Assembly (NCBI GenBank): GCA_016192845.1
Contig: JACPTI010000015.1
Location: 17,022 to 81,021 of the forward strand
DNA length: 64,000 nt
Origin: Acidobacteriota bacterium
Lineage (GTDB): Bacteria; Acidobacteriota; Vicinamibacteria; Vicinamibacterales; UBA2999
Reading direction: 5' to 3'
In this document: positions 12,005 through 21,267 of the stretch, piece by piece
How positions within the stretch are numbered: the stretch's first letter is position 1
Layout: the number at the start of each line of letters is the position of its first letter
Position numbers and translations under genes: made by a program
The notes under the pieces: model-generated
What the model saw: only the letters and a program-made list of their open reading frames with translations
Told to the model about the DNA's origin: nothing
Databases searched by the model: none

Positions 12005-13285
12005 ATGACGACCGCGACTCACCGCGGGATCGCGCCGGTGCGGGCCCTCCTCGACAACGGCGCGGTGGTCATCGCAAAGCGGTCGCAGACGACGCCGGCC
12101 GTCACGATCCATGCCTCGTTCGCCGCCGGAACGGCGTTCGATCCGCCCGAGCTGCCCGGCCTGGCGCACTTCGTCTCCCGCACGATCGATCGCGGCACGC
12201 CGACGCGCCGGGCCGACGCGATCGCCGAGGAGTTCGACCGCCGCGGCGTCTCGCTTGCGGCGACGGTCAACCGGCACGCGCTGTCGCTGGTGTGCACCTG
12301 TCTCGTCGATGACCTCCAGGCGATCCTTGCGCTGCTGGCCGACATCGTGATGCATCCGGCATTTCCGCCGGACGAGGTCGGCAGGCGACGAGGCGAGATC
12401 GTCACGCTCATCCGCCAGGACGAAGACAATCCGGCCGTCATGGCGAGCGAGGGGCTGCTCACCGATCTGTACGGCTCGACGCACGGCTACGGGCGCCGGC
12501 CGCGCGGGTCGGTGGCGAGCGTGGAGGCGATCGATCGCGCGGCGCTCGAGCGGTTTCACGCGGAGCGCTTCGCTCCCGGGTCGTTCTCCCTCGTGATGGT
12601 CGGCGACGTCGAGCCGAATGCCGCCATCGCCGCTGCCGCCGCCGCGTTGTCCCCCTGGCGGGCCGCCGCGCCGCCGCCGCTGCGGCTCGACGCCGTAATC
12701 CCGCGGCCCGGACGGCGCCTGCGCGTCATCCCGATGATGAACAAAGCGCAGGCCGACATTGCGTACGGCTTCACGAGCATCCGCAGGTCGGATCCGGCCT
12801 ACTACGCGTACTGGCTGATGAACAACATCCTCGGGCAGTACTCGCTGGGCGGCCGGTTGGGGGACAGCATCCGGGAGCGTCAGGGGATGGCGTATTACGT
12901 GTTCAGCGCGCTCGATGCCAACGTGATTCCGGGGCCGCTGACGATCCGTGCCGGCGTGAGCCCGGCCAATGTCGACCGCGCCGTCCTTTCGATTGACGAG
13001 GAGCTGGCGAGGCTGGCGGCGGACGGCCCGACCGACGCCGAGATGGCCGAGTCGAAGCAGTATCTGGTTGGCTCGATGCCGCGCAATCTCGAGACGAACA
13101 TCGGGATTGCCAGCTTCCTGCAGACGGTGGAGTTCTTCGGCCTCGGCCTCGACTACGACCTGCGGGTGCCGGAGCTGCTCCAGGCCGTTTCGCGCGACGA
13201 GGTGCACGAAGCGGCGCGCCGGACGCTGGTGCCGGCACACGCGACGGTGGTGGTCGCGGGACCCTACGCCGGACAGCCAGCATGA
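12005..13285 (+). CDS. M16 family peptidase, non-catalytic-type subunit
   Basis: In-frame ATG at 12005 inside ORF 10664-13285. MTTATHRGIAPVRALLDNGAVV... follows the M16 fold pattern but has HFVSR in place of HxxEH. Confidence 0.85.
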   Translation: MTTATHRGIAPVRALLDNGAVVIAKRSQTTPAVTIHASFAAGTAFDPPELPGLAHFVSRTIDRGTPTRRADAIAEEFDRRGVSLAATVNRHALSLVCTCLVDDLQAILALLADIVMHPAFPPDEVGRRRGEIVTLIRQDEDNPAVMASEGLLTDLYGSTHGYGRRPRGSVASVEAIDRAALERFHAERFAPGSFSLVMVGDVEPNAAIAAAAAALSPWRAAAPPPLRLDAVIPRPGRRLRVIPMMNKAQADIAYGFTSIRRSDPAYYAYWLMNNILGQYSLGGRLGDSIRERQGMAYYVFSALDANVIPGPLTIRAGVSPANVDRAVLSIDEELARLAADGPTDAEMAESKQYLVGSMPRNLETNIGIASFLQTVEFFGLGLDYDLRVPELLQAVSRDEVHEAARRTLVPAHATVVVAGPYAGQPA

Positions 13286-13980
13286 GCATCACGGCGGTCA
13301 AGGCGGTCTGCTTCGACGTCGACTTCACCCTGATCTACCCGGGTCCGACGTTTCAGGGCGAGGGGTACGCGCGCTTCTGCGGGCGCCACGGCGTCACCGT
13401 CGATCCCGCGCGGTTTTCGGACGGCGTCCGAGCGGCGTCCGCGATTCTCGACGACGTGCAGGACCATATCTACAGCCCGGACATCTTCGTGCGGTACACG
13501 CGCCGGATCATCGAGGCGATGGGCGGAACGGGTGAGCGGATCGAGGCGGCGGCCCGCGAAATCTATGAAGAGTGGGCCGCGTGCCAGCACTTCATCCTGT
13601 ACGACGACGTGACGCCGGCGCTGCGCGAGCTGGCGGCGCGCGGGCTCAGGGTGGGGCTCATCTCCAACTCGCATCGCTGCCTTGCGTCGTTCCAGCAGCA
13701 CTTCGAGCTGCGCGGGCTCGTGGCCGCGGCGATTTCCTCGTCGGAGCACGGCTACCTCAAGCCGCACCCGAGCATCTTCGAGTCGGCGCTCAAGCTCCTG
13801 GGTGTGACGGCGGGGGAGGCAGTGATGGTCGGCGACAGCCTGCCGCACGACGTCGAAGGGGCCAGGCGCGTGGGGATGCGGGCCGTGCTGGTGCAGCGCG
13901 CTCCTCAGCGGCCGGGCGACGTGCCTCTGGACGTTCCGGTCATCCGCGACCTTTCCGAGCTGCCGCCGCTGTTGATATAA
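13282..13980 (+). CDS. HAD-superfamily hydrolase
   Basis: 232 aa with the DxDxT motif (FDVDFTL) and the C-terminal GDSLPHDVEG motif. ATGA overlap with the upstream gene. Confidence 0.8.
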   Translation: MSITAVKAVCFDVDFTLIYPGPTFQGEGYARFCGRHGVTVDPARFSDGVRAASAILDDVQDHIYSPDIFVRYTRRIIEAMGGTGERIEAAAREIYEEWAACQHFILYDDVTPALRELAARGLRVGLISNSHRCLASFQQHFELRGLVAAAISSSEHGYLKPHPSIFESALKLLGVTAGEAVMVGDSLPHDVEGARRVGMRAVLVQRAPQRPGDVPLDVPVIRDLSELPPLLI

Positions 13981-14012
13981 ATACCCCCTGCAATCTGACT
14001 GTCTCTGAAATA

Positions 14013-14052
14013 GCGGGGTCCCCAACGCGCGGGTTTTGCGCGTTGGGGTGCC
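14013..14052 (+). repeat. REP-A element (GCGGGGTCCCCAACGCGCGGGTTTTGCGCGTTGGGGTGCC)
   Basis: Arms at 14020-14030 and 14038-14048. Confidence 0.85.
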
Positions 14053-14065
14053 CTAGGGAGGACCT

Positions 14066-14587
14066 ATGCTCAGACATCTGACCGCGCTGTCGCTGTGCGC
14101 GCTGTGTGTCGGGGCGAGCATTGCAGCGGCCCAGGCGCCCAAACCCGCGCAACCTGCGCAGCCCAGGAGCGGCGAAACCTATCTATGGCACGGCGAGCTG
14201 GTCTCGCTCGACGGTGCCACGCGGGCGCTGACCGTCAAGGCACGCGTCCTGAGCGAGGCGGCTACCGAGGCTGGGCGCTTCAACGCGGGCGATCGCATTC
14301 TGGTGACGTGGTCGGGGCTCGACATTCATGCTGGCGCGGTGCGGCGCGTCACCAAGTACGACGCCGGTCAGCAGATCCTCGACTTCTTCGCGCTTCCGGT
14401 GGAGCTCGCCTCGCGCGACGTGCAAAACGACCTCGTGACGCTCCGGATCCGGATTCCGGAGCCGTCGATCGCGGCGGTCAAGGCCCTCAAGCCGGGCGAG
14501 TGGCTCACGATCATGGCGCGCCACCGTCCGAAGGCCGACGCCGACGCCATCGTCGCCGTCACCCCGTACGTGAAGGCGCAGACGTAG
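14066..14587 (+). CDS. Secreted hypothetical protein
   Basis: 173 aa. GGGAGGA Shine-Dalgarno, signal peptide MLRHLTALSLCALCVGASIAAAQA. Confidence 0.65.
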   Translation: MLRHLTALSLCALCVGASIAAAQAPKPAQPAQPRSGETYLWHGELVSLDGATRALTVKARVLSEAATEAGRFNAGDRILVTWSGLDIHAGAVRRVTKYDAGQQILDFFALPVELASRDVQNDLVTLRIRIPEPSIAAVKALKPGEWLTIMARHRPKADADAIVAVTPYVKAQT

Positions 14588-14589
14588 AA

Positions 14590-14943
14590 CTACCCCGGCG
14601 GCCAGGTCAGCGCCCGTCCCGCGAGCAGGTGCAGGTGGATGTGGAAGACGCTCTGCCCTGCCTCGCGGCTCGTGTTGAACACCGTCCGGTAGCCGCGCTC
14701 GTGGTAGCCGCTCTCCTTCGCCAGCGCGGCGGCCCTCCGGAACATCGTTCCCACCAGCGCATCGTCGGCCGGTGACAGATCGTTCAGCGTGGGAATGTGC
14801 GTCCGGGGAATGATCAACACGTGGAGCGGCGCCTGCGGATTGATGTCCTTGATCACGACGAGAGTTTCGTCCTGGTAGACGATCGACGCAGGAACCTGCC
14901 CCGCGATGATCTTGCAGAACAGACAGTCGCTCATGCGCGCCAT
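14590..14943 (-). CDS. HIT-family (histidine triad) protein
   Basis: In-frame ATG at 14943 in ORF 14590-15657. [13 protein letters not shown]... and the HIHLHLL histidine triad. Confidence 0.9.
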   Translation of the reverse strand: MARMSDCLFCKIIAGQVPASIVYQDETLVVIKDINPQAPLHVLIIPRTHIPTLNDLSPADDALVGTMFRRAAALAKESGYHERGYRTVFNTSREAGQSVFHIHLHLLAGRALTWPPG

Positions 14944-15839
14944 CACCCCAGCGCGCGGGCGCGCTGGGGACCCCGCCGAATGATAGCCGTTCGCGGGATT
15001 CCTTGCAGGTCCTCGCGCACGCGGGCGATCTCGAGGCCGGGCCGCGCGGCGACGAGCGCCTCGACGTGCTCCTGCTGGCCGTAGCCGAACTCCATCACGA
15101 GCCAGCCCCCCGAGTCGAGCCCGCCGAGCGCCGCATCGAGCACGCCGGCGATATCGCGGAGCCCCTCGGCGCCCCCGAAGAGCGCCACGTCCGGCTCGTA
15201 GCGGACGTCGGCGGCGAGCACCGGCTTGTCGCCGTCCCTGACGTACGGGGGATTGGCGGCGATCACGTCGAAGCGCCCTGCAATACCGTCCAGGTACCTC
15301 GCGGCCACGAAGCCGATGCGGTCGGCGACACCGTGGCGGGCGGCGTTGGCGCGGGCGACCGCGAGCGCTTCGGTGGAGATATCGGTCGCCACGAGGCGGC
15401 ACGCACGACACTCGTGCGCGATCGCCACCGCCACGCAGCCGCTCCCGGTGCCGATGTCGGCGACCCGGGGACCGTCGTGGCAGCCGGAAGCCTTTAGGCC
15501 CCCGGCACGCAGCAGCCCGAGCACCTCCTCGACGATGAACTCCGTCTCCGGCCGGGGAATCAGCACGGCCGGCGTGACCATGAATGCGAGGCCCCAGAAC
15601 TCCCGGACGCCGGTGATGTAGGCGCTCGGCTCCCGGCGCTCGCGCCGCGCGATCCATTCCGAGAACCGCGGCTCCAGCTGCAGGGGGACCGGCTCGTGCT
15701 GCGCGGCCAGCAGCCGGGCGCGATCCCAGCCGAGAATCCTGCGCGCGTAGAGGTCGACGTCGAGGGCCGCTTCGGCCGGACGGATGCCGGAGGCGACGAG
15801 CCGTGCACGCGCATCTGCCAGCCGTTCGTGCAGCGTCAA
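14943..15839 (-). CDS. prmC: Release-factor glutamine N5-methyltransferase (HemK/PrmC)
   Basis: Lies within ORF 14943-16487. IGTGSG SAM-binding motif and NPPY motif. The proposed TTG start at 15839 overlaps the prfA stop (TTGA); the start is uncertain. Confidence 0.8.
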   Translation of the reverse strand: MTLHERLADARARLVASGIRPAEAALDVDLYARRILGWDRARLLAAQHEPVPLQLEPRFSEWIARRERREPSAYITGVREFWGLAFMVTPAVLIPRPETEFIVEEVLGLLRAGGLKASGCHDGPRVADIGTGSGCVAVAIAHECRACRLVATDISTEALAVARANAARHGVADRIGFVAARYLDGIAGRFDVIAANPPYVRDGDKPVLAADVRYEPDVALFGGAEGLRDIAGVLDAALGGLDSGGWLVMEFGYGQQEHVEALVAARPGLEIARVREDLQGIPRTAIIRRGPQRARALG

Positions 15840-16909
15840 TTGACCGTGGTGGCTTCCTTGAGCTTCTCGGCGGTGTAGTGCGCGATCACCTGCTCGAGGA
15901 TCTCGCTCGGGTCGCCTTCGAGCACCTCGTGCAGGCGGTGTGTCGTGTAGTTGATGCGGTGGTCGGTAATCCGGCTCTGCGGGAAGTTGTATGTCCGGAT
16001 CTTCTCCGAGCGCTCGCCGGTTCCCACCTGGCCGCGCCGCTCTTTCGCGATCGCCTCGTGCTGCTTCCGCATCTCCATTTCGTAGAGCCGCGCCCGGAGC
16101 ACCTTCATCGCCTTCGCCCGGTTCTTGATCTGCGACTTTTCGTCCTGCTGCGATACGACCAGTCCGGTGGGGATGTGGGTGATGCGCACCGCCGAATACG
16201 TGGTGTTGACGCTCTGGCCGCCCGGTCCGCTCGAGCAGAACGTGTCGATGCGGAGGTCCTTCTCGTTGATCTGGACGTCGACGTCCTCGGCTTCGGGGAG
16301 GACCGCAACGGTGGCGGTGGAGGTATGAATGCGCCCGCTCGCCTCCGTCGTCGGCACGCGCTGGACGCGGTGCACGCCGCTCTCGTACTTCAGCCGGCTG
16401 TACACGCCCCTGCCCTCGATCGACGCGATGACCTCCTTCAAGCCGCCGGAGGCGCTCTCGCTCGTCGACATCACCTCGAGCTTCCATCCCTGGCGCTCGG
16501 CAAAGCGGCTGTACATGCGGAACAGCTCCGCCGCAAAGAGCGCCGCCTCGTCGCCTCCCGTGCCGGCGCGAATCTCGAGGATGACGTTCTTCTCGTCGTT
16601 CGGGTCCTTGGGCACCAGCAGCCGCTTCAGGTCGGCGAGAATGACGTCGCGGCGCTCGTGAAGCCCCTTGAGCTCCTCCTGCGCCAGCTCGCGCATCTCG
16701 GCATCCGAGCCGCGCGCCAGCTCCTCGGCGCCGTCGATGTCCTTCTGCACGGCCTTGTATTCGCGGTATTTGTCGACGAGCGGCTCGAGATCCGCCAGCG
16801 CCTTCGCCGCCTTCCGGTACTCGGCGGGATCCGACTGCACCTCGACCGTGCCGAGGCGCGTCATCAGCTCCTCGTACTGCGTTTCCACGGCGCTGAGCTT
16901 GTCGAACAC
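15836..16909 (-). CDS. prfA: Peptide chain release factor 1
   Basis: 357 aa with the GGQ motif (SGPGGQSVN) and typical RF1 domain order. Confidence 0.95.
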   Translation of the reverse strand: MFDKLSAVETQYEELMTRLGTVEVQSDPAEYRKAAKALADLEPLVDKYREYKAVQKDIDGAEELARGSDAEMRELAQEELKGLHERRDVILADLKRLLVPKDPNDEKNVILEIRAGTGGDEAALFAAELFRMYSRFAERQGWKLEVMSTSESASGGLKEVIASIEGRGVYSRLKYESGVHRVQRVPTTEASGRIHTSTATVAVLPEAEDVDVQINEKDLRIDTFCSSGPGGQSVNTTYSAVRITHIPTGLVVSQQDEKSQIKNRAKAMKVLRARLYEMEMRKQHEAIAKERRGQVGTGERSEKIRTYNFPQSRITDHRINYTTHRLHEVLEGDPSEILEQVIAHYTAEKLKEATTVN

Positions 16910-17155
16910 TTATCCCCCTGACACCGGCGGCAGGAACGCCACCTCGTCGCCGTCGTGCACCGCAGCGGCCATGCGCGAGTAATCGGCGTTGACCGCCACC
17001 GACATCGTACGCTCGTACTCGCGCAGCGACGGCATCTCTGTCGTCAGCACGTTCCAGACGGTCTGGACCGTCGCTTGCTCGGGCACGTCCCGCACCAGCT
17101 CGCCGGCGCCGGCGAGATCGCGCAGCCGCGCGAACAACCGGACCGTTACGCGCAT
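16910..17155 (-). CDS. moaD: MoaD/ThiS-family sulfur carrier (molybdopterin synthase small subunit)
   Basis: In-frame ATG at 17155. 81 aa ending in ...PPVSGG (C-terminal Gly-Gly). Confidence 0.8.
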   Translation of the reverse strand: MRVTVRLFARLRDLAGAGELVRDVPEQATVQTVWNVLTTEMPSLREYERTMSVAVNADYSRMAAAVHDGDEVAFLPPVSGG

Positions 17156-17622
17156 GCGATCCTTTCGGCAGCCAGCCGCGACGCCTCGTCGTCTGGGTCG
17201 GCGGTGGCGCCCTCCAGCCACACCTCGCCTCCCTCGAAGTGCTCCCGCTTCCAGATCGGCACGATCTGCTTCACACGCTCGATGGCGTAGCGGCATGCGG
17301 CAAACGCATCGGCCCGATGCGGCGATACCGCAACGATGATGATGCTCGCCTCGCCGATCTCGAGCCGCCCGATCCGGTGGCGGAGGCCGAGCCGGACGTC
17401 CGGCCACGTCGCGCCAACCTCGTCGACGATCCGCCGCAGCGCGCGGACGGCGAGCGGCTCGTACGCCTCGTACTCGAGGAATCGCACCTTCCGGCCCTGG
17501 TTGTGATCGCGCACGAGACCGGTGAACGTCGCCACGGCGCCGTCGCCCGCGGCGCCGGCGGTCATGTCCCTGGTCAGCGCGTCGAGATCGAGCGGGTCGG
17601 CGGTCACAGCCACCTGGGCCAT
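17146..17622 (-). CDS. moaE: Molybdopterin synthase catalytic subunit
   Basis: 158 aa with MoaE-like sequence (FTGLVRDHNQGRKV...IWKRE). 10-nt overlap with moaD. Confidence 0.9.
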   Translation of the reverse strand: MAQVAVTADPLDLDALTRDMTAGAAGDGAVATFTGLVRDHNQGRKVRFLEYEAYEPLAVRALRRIVDEVGATWPDVRLGLRHRIGRLEIGEASIIIVAVSPHRADAFAACRYAIERVKQIVPIWKREHFEGGEVWLEGATADPDDEASRLAAERIACA

Positions 17623-17628
17623 GCATCC

Positions 17629-17634
17629 AGTATA
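17629..17634 (-). promoter_or_regulatory. TATACT -10 box 6 nt upstream of the moaE ATG
   Basis: The minus strand reads TATACT-GGATGC-ATG inside the 24-nt thiD-moaE gap. Confidence 0.4.
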
Positions 17635-17678
17635 ACGACCCGAACGTCACGAACGATCCGAACGATCCGAACGAGTCC
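17635..17678 (-). repeat. 9-nt tandem repeat (CGAACGATC on the plus strand), about 4-5 units, spanning the thiD stop
   Basis: The sequence acgacccgaacgtcacgaacgatccgaacgatccgaacgagtcc encodes the thiD tail ...TRSDRSDRS. Confidence 0.85.
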
Positions 17679-18465
17679 AGAAGTGATCCATCGGCCCGTT
17701 GCCGCGGCCGACGCCCGGAGCGGCCCTGATCGCGCCCGCGATGTATCGCTGGACGAGCGGCACCGCCTCTTCGAGCGAGCTGCCGAGCGCAAGCCGGGCC
17801 GCGAGCGCGGCGGCAAACGTGCAGCCGGTGCCGTGGGTGCCGCGGCCGGCGACGCGCTTGGCGCGGAACTCGACGAACCGGTCCCCGTCGTACAGCAGGT
17901 CGACGATGTCGGGCGACGCGAAGTGCCCGCCTTTCACGATCACGGCCGACGCGCCGAGCGCAGCAATGCGCCGCGCCGCCGTGCGGCGGTCCTCCTCGGT
18001 GGCAATCGTTATTTCGGCCAGCGCCTCGGCTTCGGGGATGTTCGGCGTCACGACGAACGCCCGCCGGACCAGCTCGGCTTTGATCGCCGCCAGCGCTTCC
18101 TCGTCGATGAGACGGTCGCCGCTCTTGGCCGCCATTACCGGGTCGACGACGAGCAGCGGAATCTCGAGATCCACGACCGCGGCCGCGACGGCTTCGACGA
18201 TCGCCGCAGTCGGGAGCATGCCGGTCTTGGCGGCGTGCACGCCAAGGTCAGAGACGACCGCCTCGATTTGCGCGGTGACGAGGTCTGCGGACAGCGCCTC
18301 GAATCCCGTGACGCCGAGGGTGTTCTGAGCGGTGACCGCGGTGATCGCGCTGACGCCGTACACGCCGTGGGCGGCAAACGTCTTGAGGTCGGCCTGAATG
18401 CCGGCTCCGCCGCTCGAGTCGCTGCCGGCGATGGTTAGCGCGACGCGCGGCCGAGCAATGTCCAC
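17647..18465 (-). CDS. thiD: Hydroxymethylpyrimidine/phosphomethylpyrimidine kinase
   Basis: Lies within ORF 17647-18603. Motif GSDSSGGAGIQADLKT. The proposed GTG start at 18465 overlaps the bioY 3' end; the start is uncertain. Confidence 0.85.
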   Translation of the reverse strand: MDIARPRVALTIAGSDSSGGAGIQADLKTFAAHGVYGVSAITAVTAQNTLGVTGFEALSADLVTAQIEAVVSDLGVHAAKTGMLPTAAIVEAVAAAVVDLEIPLLVVDPVMAAKSGDRLIDEEALAAIKAELVRRAFVVTPNIPEAEALAEITIATEEDRRTAARRIAALGASAVIVKGGHFASPDIVDLLYDGDRFVEFRAKRVAGRGTHGTGCTFAAALAARLALGSSLEEAVPLVQRYIAGAIRAAPGVGRGNGPMDHFWTRSDRSDRS

Positions 18466-19049
18466 AGTCCGGGGAGAATGCCGGCGGCCGCGAGCAGCTT
18501 GACCACGTCGGCCGCGACGAACGGATACACGCCGGCGGCCAGCGCCGCCTGCAGCCCGATCGGCGCGCCACCCGCGATCGGCCGGGTGAAATAGGCGAGC
18601 CACGCCACTCCACAGCCGTACACGACGAGGAGCCCCATCAGCATGGCCAGCACCGAGGTGAGGTAGCGTCGGTCGAAGCCGCGCTCTGCGAGACAGCCGA
18701 CCAGGAAGGCCGCGATCGGATATGACAGCAGGTAGCCACCAGTCGGCCCGATCAGCCGGAGTGCTCCCGGCGCGAGCGTGGCGGACGCGGCAAAAACCGG
18801 CAGCCCCGCGATCCCCGCCGTCAGGTATGCGACCTGGCTGGCCAGTCCAAGTCTCGGGCCGAGCGCCAGGCCGCCAAGCAGCACGGCCATCGGCTGGAAC
18901 GTCAGCGGCACGGCGGTGAAGGGAAGCGGCACGCTGACCTGCGCGGCGGCCGCCGTCAGTGCGGCGACGAATAGTACCGCGGCCGCGCGCACCACGCCCT
19001 GCGGCGCCTCGCGGCGCGCCACGAGCGCGTCGACGAATGTGGGATGCAT
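18435..19049 (-). CDS. bioY: BioY-family biotin transporter (ECF S component)
   Basis: 204 aa, multi-pass membrane protein with BioY-like motifs (VPLTFQPMAVLLGG, GGYLLSYP). Confidence 0.85.
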   Translation of the reverse strand: MHPTFVDALVARREAPQGVVRAAAVLFVAALTAAAAQVSVPLPFTAVPLTFQPMAVLLGGLALGPRLGLASQVAYLTAGIAGLPVFAASATLAPGALRLIGPTGGYLLSYPIAAFLVGCLAERGFDRRYLTSVLAMLMGLLVVYGCGVAWLAYFTRPIAGGAPIGLQAALAAGVYPFVAADVVKLLAAAGILPGLWTLLGRASR

Positions 19050-19069
19050 CAGGCGCGATTGTACCGTAT

Positions 19070-19117
19070 GGGGTCAGACCCCGGTGATAAGTCGTGCCGG
19101 GGTCAGACCCCGGTGAT
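19070..19117. repeat. Two identical 19-nt direct repeats GGGGTCAGACCCCGGTGAT (period 29 nt)
   Basis: Copies at 19070-19088 and 19099-19117. Each contains the palindrome GGGGTC-A-GACCCC. They lie just upstream of the bioY -10 box (TACAAT, minus strand, 19063-19058). Confidence 0.85.
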
Positions 19118-19125
19118 GGATCGAC

Positions 19126-19731
19126 TCAAGGTTGTCGCCCGAGTACCAGTAAGTACTGGTACGGCAGATTCTGCCGCGCGAGGACGCGCAGACCGGCCGC
19201 GAGCGCGTCGGTTTCCACGCTCTCAGTGTCGACGCGGATGCCTTCGGACGGCGCGGGCCCGGGGCCGCCACGGCCGGGCTTGTAATTGACGATCCCGATG
19301 CGGCCGCCCGGCTTCAGTGCTGCCGCCAGGTTGCGGAGGAACGTCACGCGGTCGTCGACTTCCGGATAGACGTCGACGACGAGCACGGCGTCGAGCGTAC
19401 GCGCCGGCAGGTTGGGCATGCTGCCCGAGCCGAGCCGGGTCTCCACGTTCCGCAGCCCTTCGTGCGCGACGCGCCGGCGGATCGCGTCGAGCATCTGCCG
19501 CTGCACGTCCTGCGCATAGACGACGCCGTTCGGCCCGACGCGTCGTGCAAGACGGATCGTGAACCAGCCGGCGCCGGCGCCGATGTCCGCGACGGCCGAG
19601 CCGTCGGCGATCCCGAGCGCGTCCATGATCCCGTCGGGCTTCTGCCAGGCCTCACGGTCGGGTCCTTCGAGCAGCCCGAGGTCGTGCGGCGGAAACAGCC
19701 GTCCCGACCGGCCGGCCGACGACGTTTGCAA
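19126..19731 (-). CDS. Class I SAM-dependent methyltransferase
   Basis: Lies within ORF 19126-20235. Motif VADIGAGAGWFT. The proposed TTG start at 19731 is uncertain. Confidence 0.7.
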   Translation of the reverse strand: MQTSSAGRSGRLFPPHDLGLLEGPDREAWQKPDGIMDALGIADGSAVADIGAGAGWFTIRLARRVGPNGVVYAQDVQRQMLDAIRRRVAHEGLRNVETRLGSGSMPNLPARTLDAVLVVDVYPEVDDRVTFLRNLAAALKPGGRIGIVNYKPGRGGPGPAPSEGIRVDTESVETDALAAGLRVLARQNLPYQYLLVLGRQP

Positions 19732-19741
19732 CTCCCAACGC

Positions 19742-19786
19742 CCAACTCCCAAGGCCCAAGTGTGGGAGTGGAAGATTGGGAGTTGG
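19742..19786. other. 11-bp hairpin CCAACTCCCAA / TTGGGAGTTGG built from simple repeats
   Basis: Arms at 19742-19752 and 19776-19786, between the aspA stop and the methyltransferase start. Confidence 0.6.
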
Positions 19787-19829
19787 AGGTTGACCGCGCT
19801 CAGCGCGAGCGTCAGCGCTATTGGCGCGG

Positions 19830-21236
19830 TCACCGCTTCACCTCGCCGGCGATGCCGGGCCGTGTCATGTTCTCCACCGAGAGAATCCGCGCCAGCTGGC
19901 GCTCGTCCAGCAGTCCGCGCTCGATGACGATCTGCCGAATCGGCTTGCCGGTCGTCACCGCTTCCTTCGCAATCTCCGCGGTCTGCGCGTACCCGAGGTA
20001 CGGACTGAGTGCGGTGGCCACGGCCGTGCTCCGATCGAGCAGCTCGCGGCACCGGGCGGCGTCGACCTCGATGCCGTCCACACACCGCACGCGCAGCGCG
20101 GTCATCGCCTCCCGCAGGATCGTCGACATGTGTATGGCGTTCCAGGCGATGACCGGCATCATGACATTCAGCTCGAGCTGTCCGGCTTCGGCGGCCGCCG
20201 CAATCGTCACGTCGCAGCCTGTCACCTGATAGCACACCTGGTTGACCATTTCCGGAATCGACGGGTTCACCTTGCCCGGCATGATGGACGATCCCGGCTG
20301 GACGGCCGGGAGGATCACCTCGCCGATGCCGGCGCGCGGGCCCATGCCGAGGAGCCGCAGGTCGCTCGCGATCTTGCCGAGCTCCACCGAGAGCCGCCGC
20401 AGCGCGCCGGCGTACGTCACGACGTCGCCCATGCTCTGCGTCACCCGGAAACGGTTCGCGGCCGGCTTGAGCGGCAGGCCAGTGTACCGGCTCAGGTGGC
20501 GGATCGCCAGTGCCGCGTACTCCTCGCCCGCATTCAGGCCGGTGCCGACCGCGGTTGCGCCGAGATTGAGCTCGTGGAGCGCCTTTGCCGCGTGCTCGAT
20601 CTCGTCGGCCGCCCGGCGCAGGCAGTCTGCATAGCCGCCGAACTCCTGTCCGACCGTCATCGGCACCGCGTCCTGCAGATGCGTGCGTCCCACCTTGAGC
20701 ACGGCGTCGAACGCGTGGGCCTTCTGCGCGAACGAGTCGGCCAGCGCGCGCGCCGCCGCGACGAGCGCGCCGTGCATGATGAGCAGGGCCAGACGCGTGG
20801 CCGTCGGGAACACGTCGTTCGTCGACTGGCCCATGTTGACGTGGTCGTTCGGATGGACGACGCGGTACTCGCCGCGGGCGGCGCCCAGGAGCTCCGCCGC
20901 ACGGTTGGCGAGCACCTCGTTCGCATTCATGTTGTGGGAGGTGCCCGCCCCGGCCTGGTACACGTCGACGACGAACTGATCGCGCAGCCCGCCGCCGAGC
21001 ACCTCGTCCGCGGCGCGGACGATGGCGTCGCCCACGCGCCCGTCCAGCCGCCCCAGCGAAACGTTCGCCTGCGCCGCGGCCTTCTTGACGAGCACGGTAG
21101 CCGTCACCAGCTCGGTCGGCGCGCGCAGCCCGCTGATGGGGAAGTTCTCGACGGCTCTGGCGGTCTGGATTCCGTAGTACGCGTCCGCGGGAACCGGATG
21201 TTCACCGAGGGGATCGCGCTCGGTTCGGAATTCCAT
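19830..21236 (-). CDS. aspA: Aspartate ammonia-lyase (fumarase/aspartase family)
   Basis: 468 aa with the GSSIMPGKVNP signature. The N-terminus YYGIQTARAVENFPISG looks more like aspartase than FumC. Confidence 0.75.
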   Translation of the reverse strand: MEFRTERDPLGEHPVPADAYYGIQTARAVENFPISGLRAPTELVTATVLVKKAAAQANVSLGRLDGRVGDAIVRAADEVLGGGLRDQFVVDVYQAGAGTSHNMNANEVLANRAAELLGAARGEYRVVHPNDHVNMGQSTNDVFPTATRLALLIMHGALVAAARALADSFAQKAHAFDAVLKVGRTHLQDAVPMTVGQEFGGYADCLRRAADEIEHAAKALHELNLGATAVGTGLNAGEEYAALAIRHLSRYTGLPLKPAANRFRVTQSMGDVVTYAGALRRLSVELGKIASDLRLLGMGPRAGIGEVILPAVQPGSSIMPGKVNPSIPEMVNQVCYQVTGCDVTIAAAAEAGQLELNVMMPVIAWNAIHMSTILREAMTALRVRCVDGIEVDAARCRELLDRSTAVATALSPYLGYAQTAEIAKEAVTTGKPIRQIVIERGLLDERQLARILSVENMTRPGIAGEVKR

Positions 21237-21253
21237 GGAGAAACTGCACCTAA

Positions 21254-21261
21254 ATTATACT
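21254..21261. promoter_or_regulatory. Overlapping face-to-face -10 boxes: TATACT (+, 21256-21261) and TATAAT (-, 21259-21254)
   Basis: The plus-strand box ends 6 nt before ATG 21268. The minus-strand box lies 17 nt before the aspA ATG at 21236. Confidence 0.45.
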
Positions 21262-21267
21262 GCTCGC

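Noticed and set aside
10664-13285. 873-aa ORF as a single protein
   Set aside because: The first 447 codons are an out-of-frame overlap of the first M16 gene. Only the part from ATG 12005 looks like a real M16 subunit.
16910-17650. 246-aa ORF as one protein
   Set aside because: Only its last 81 codons (moaD, ending in GG) are credible. The upstream part overlaps moaE out of frame.
19070-19117. CRISPR-like repeat
   Set aside because: There are only two copies with a 10-nt spacer, and no cas genes. This is far too short for an array.
21235-21267. First ATG (21235) as the fumarate hydratase start
   Set aside because: It would overlap the aspA start codon on the opposite strand (CCATGG) and leave no promoter. 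The ATG at 21268 sits 6 nt after a -10 box.
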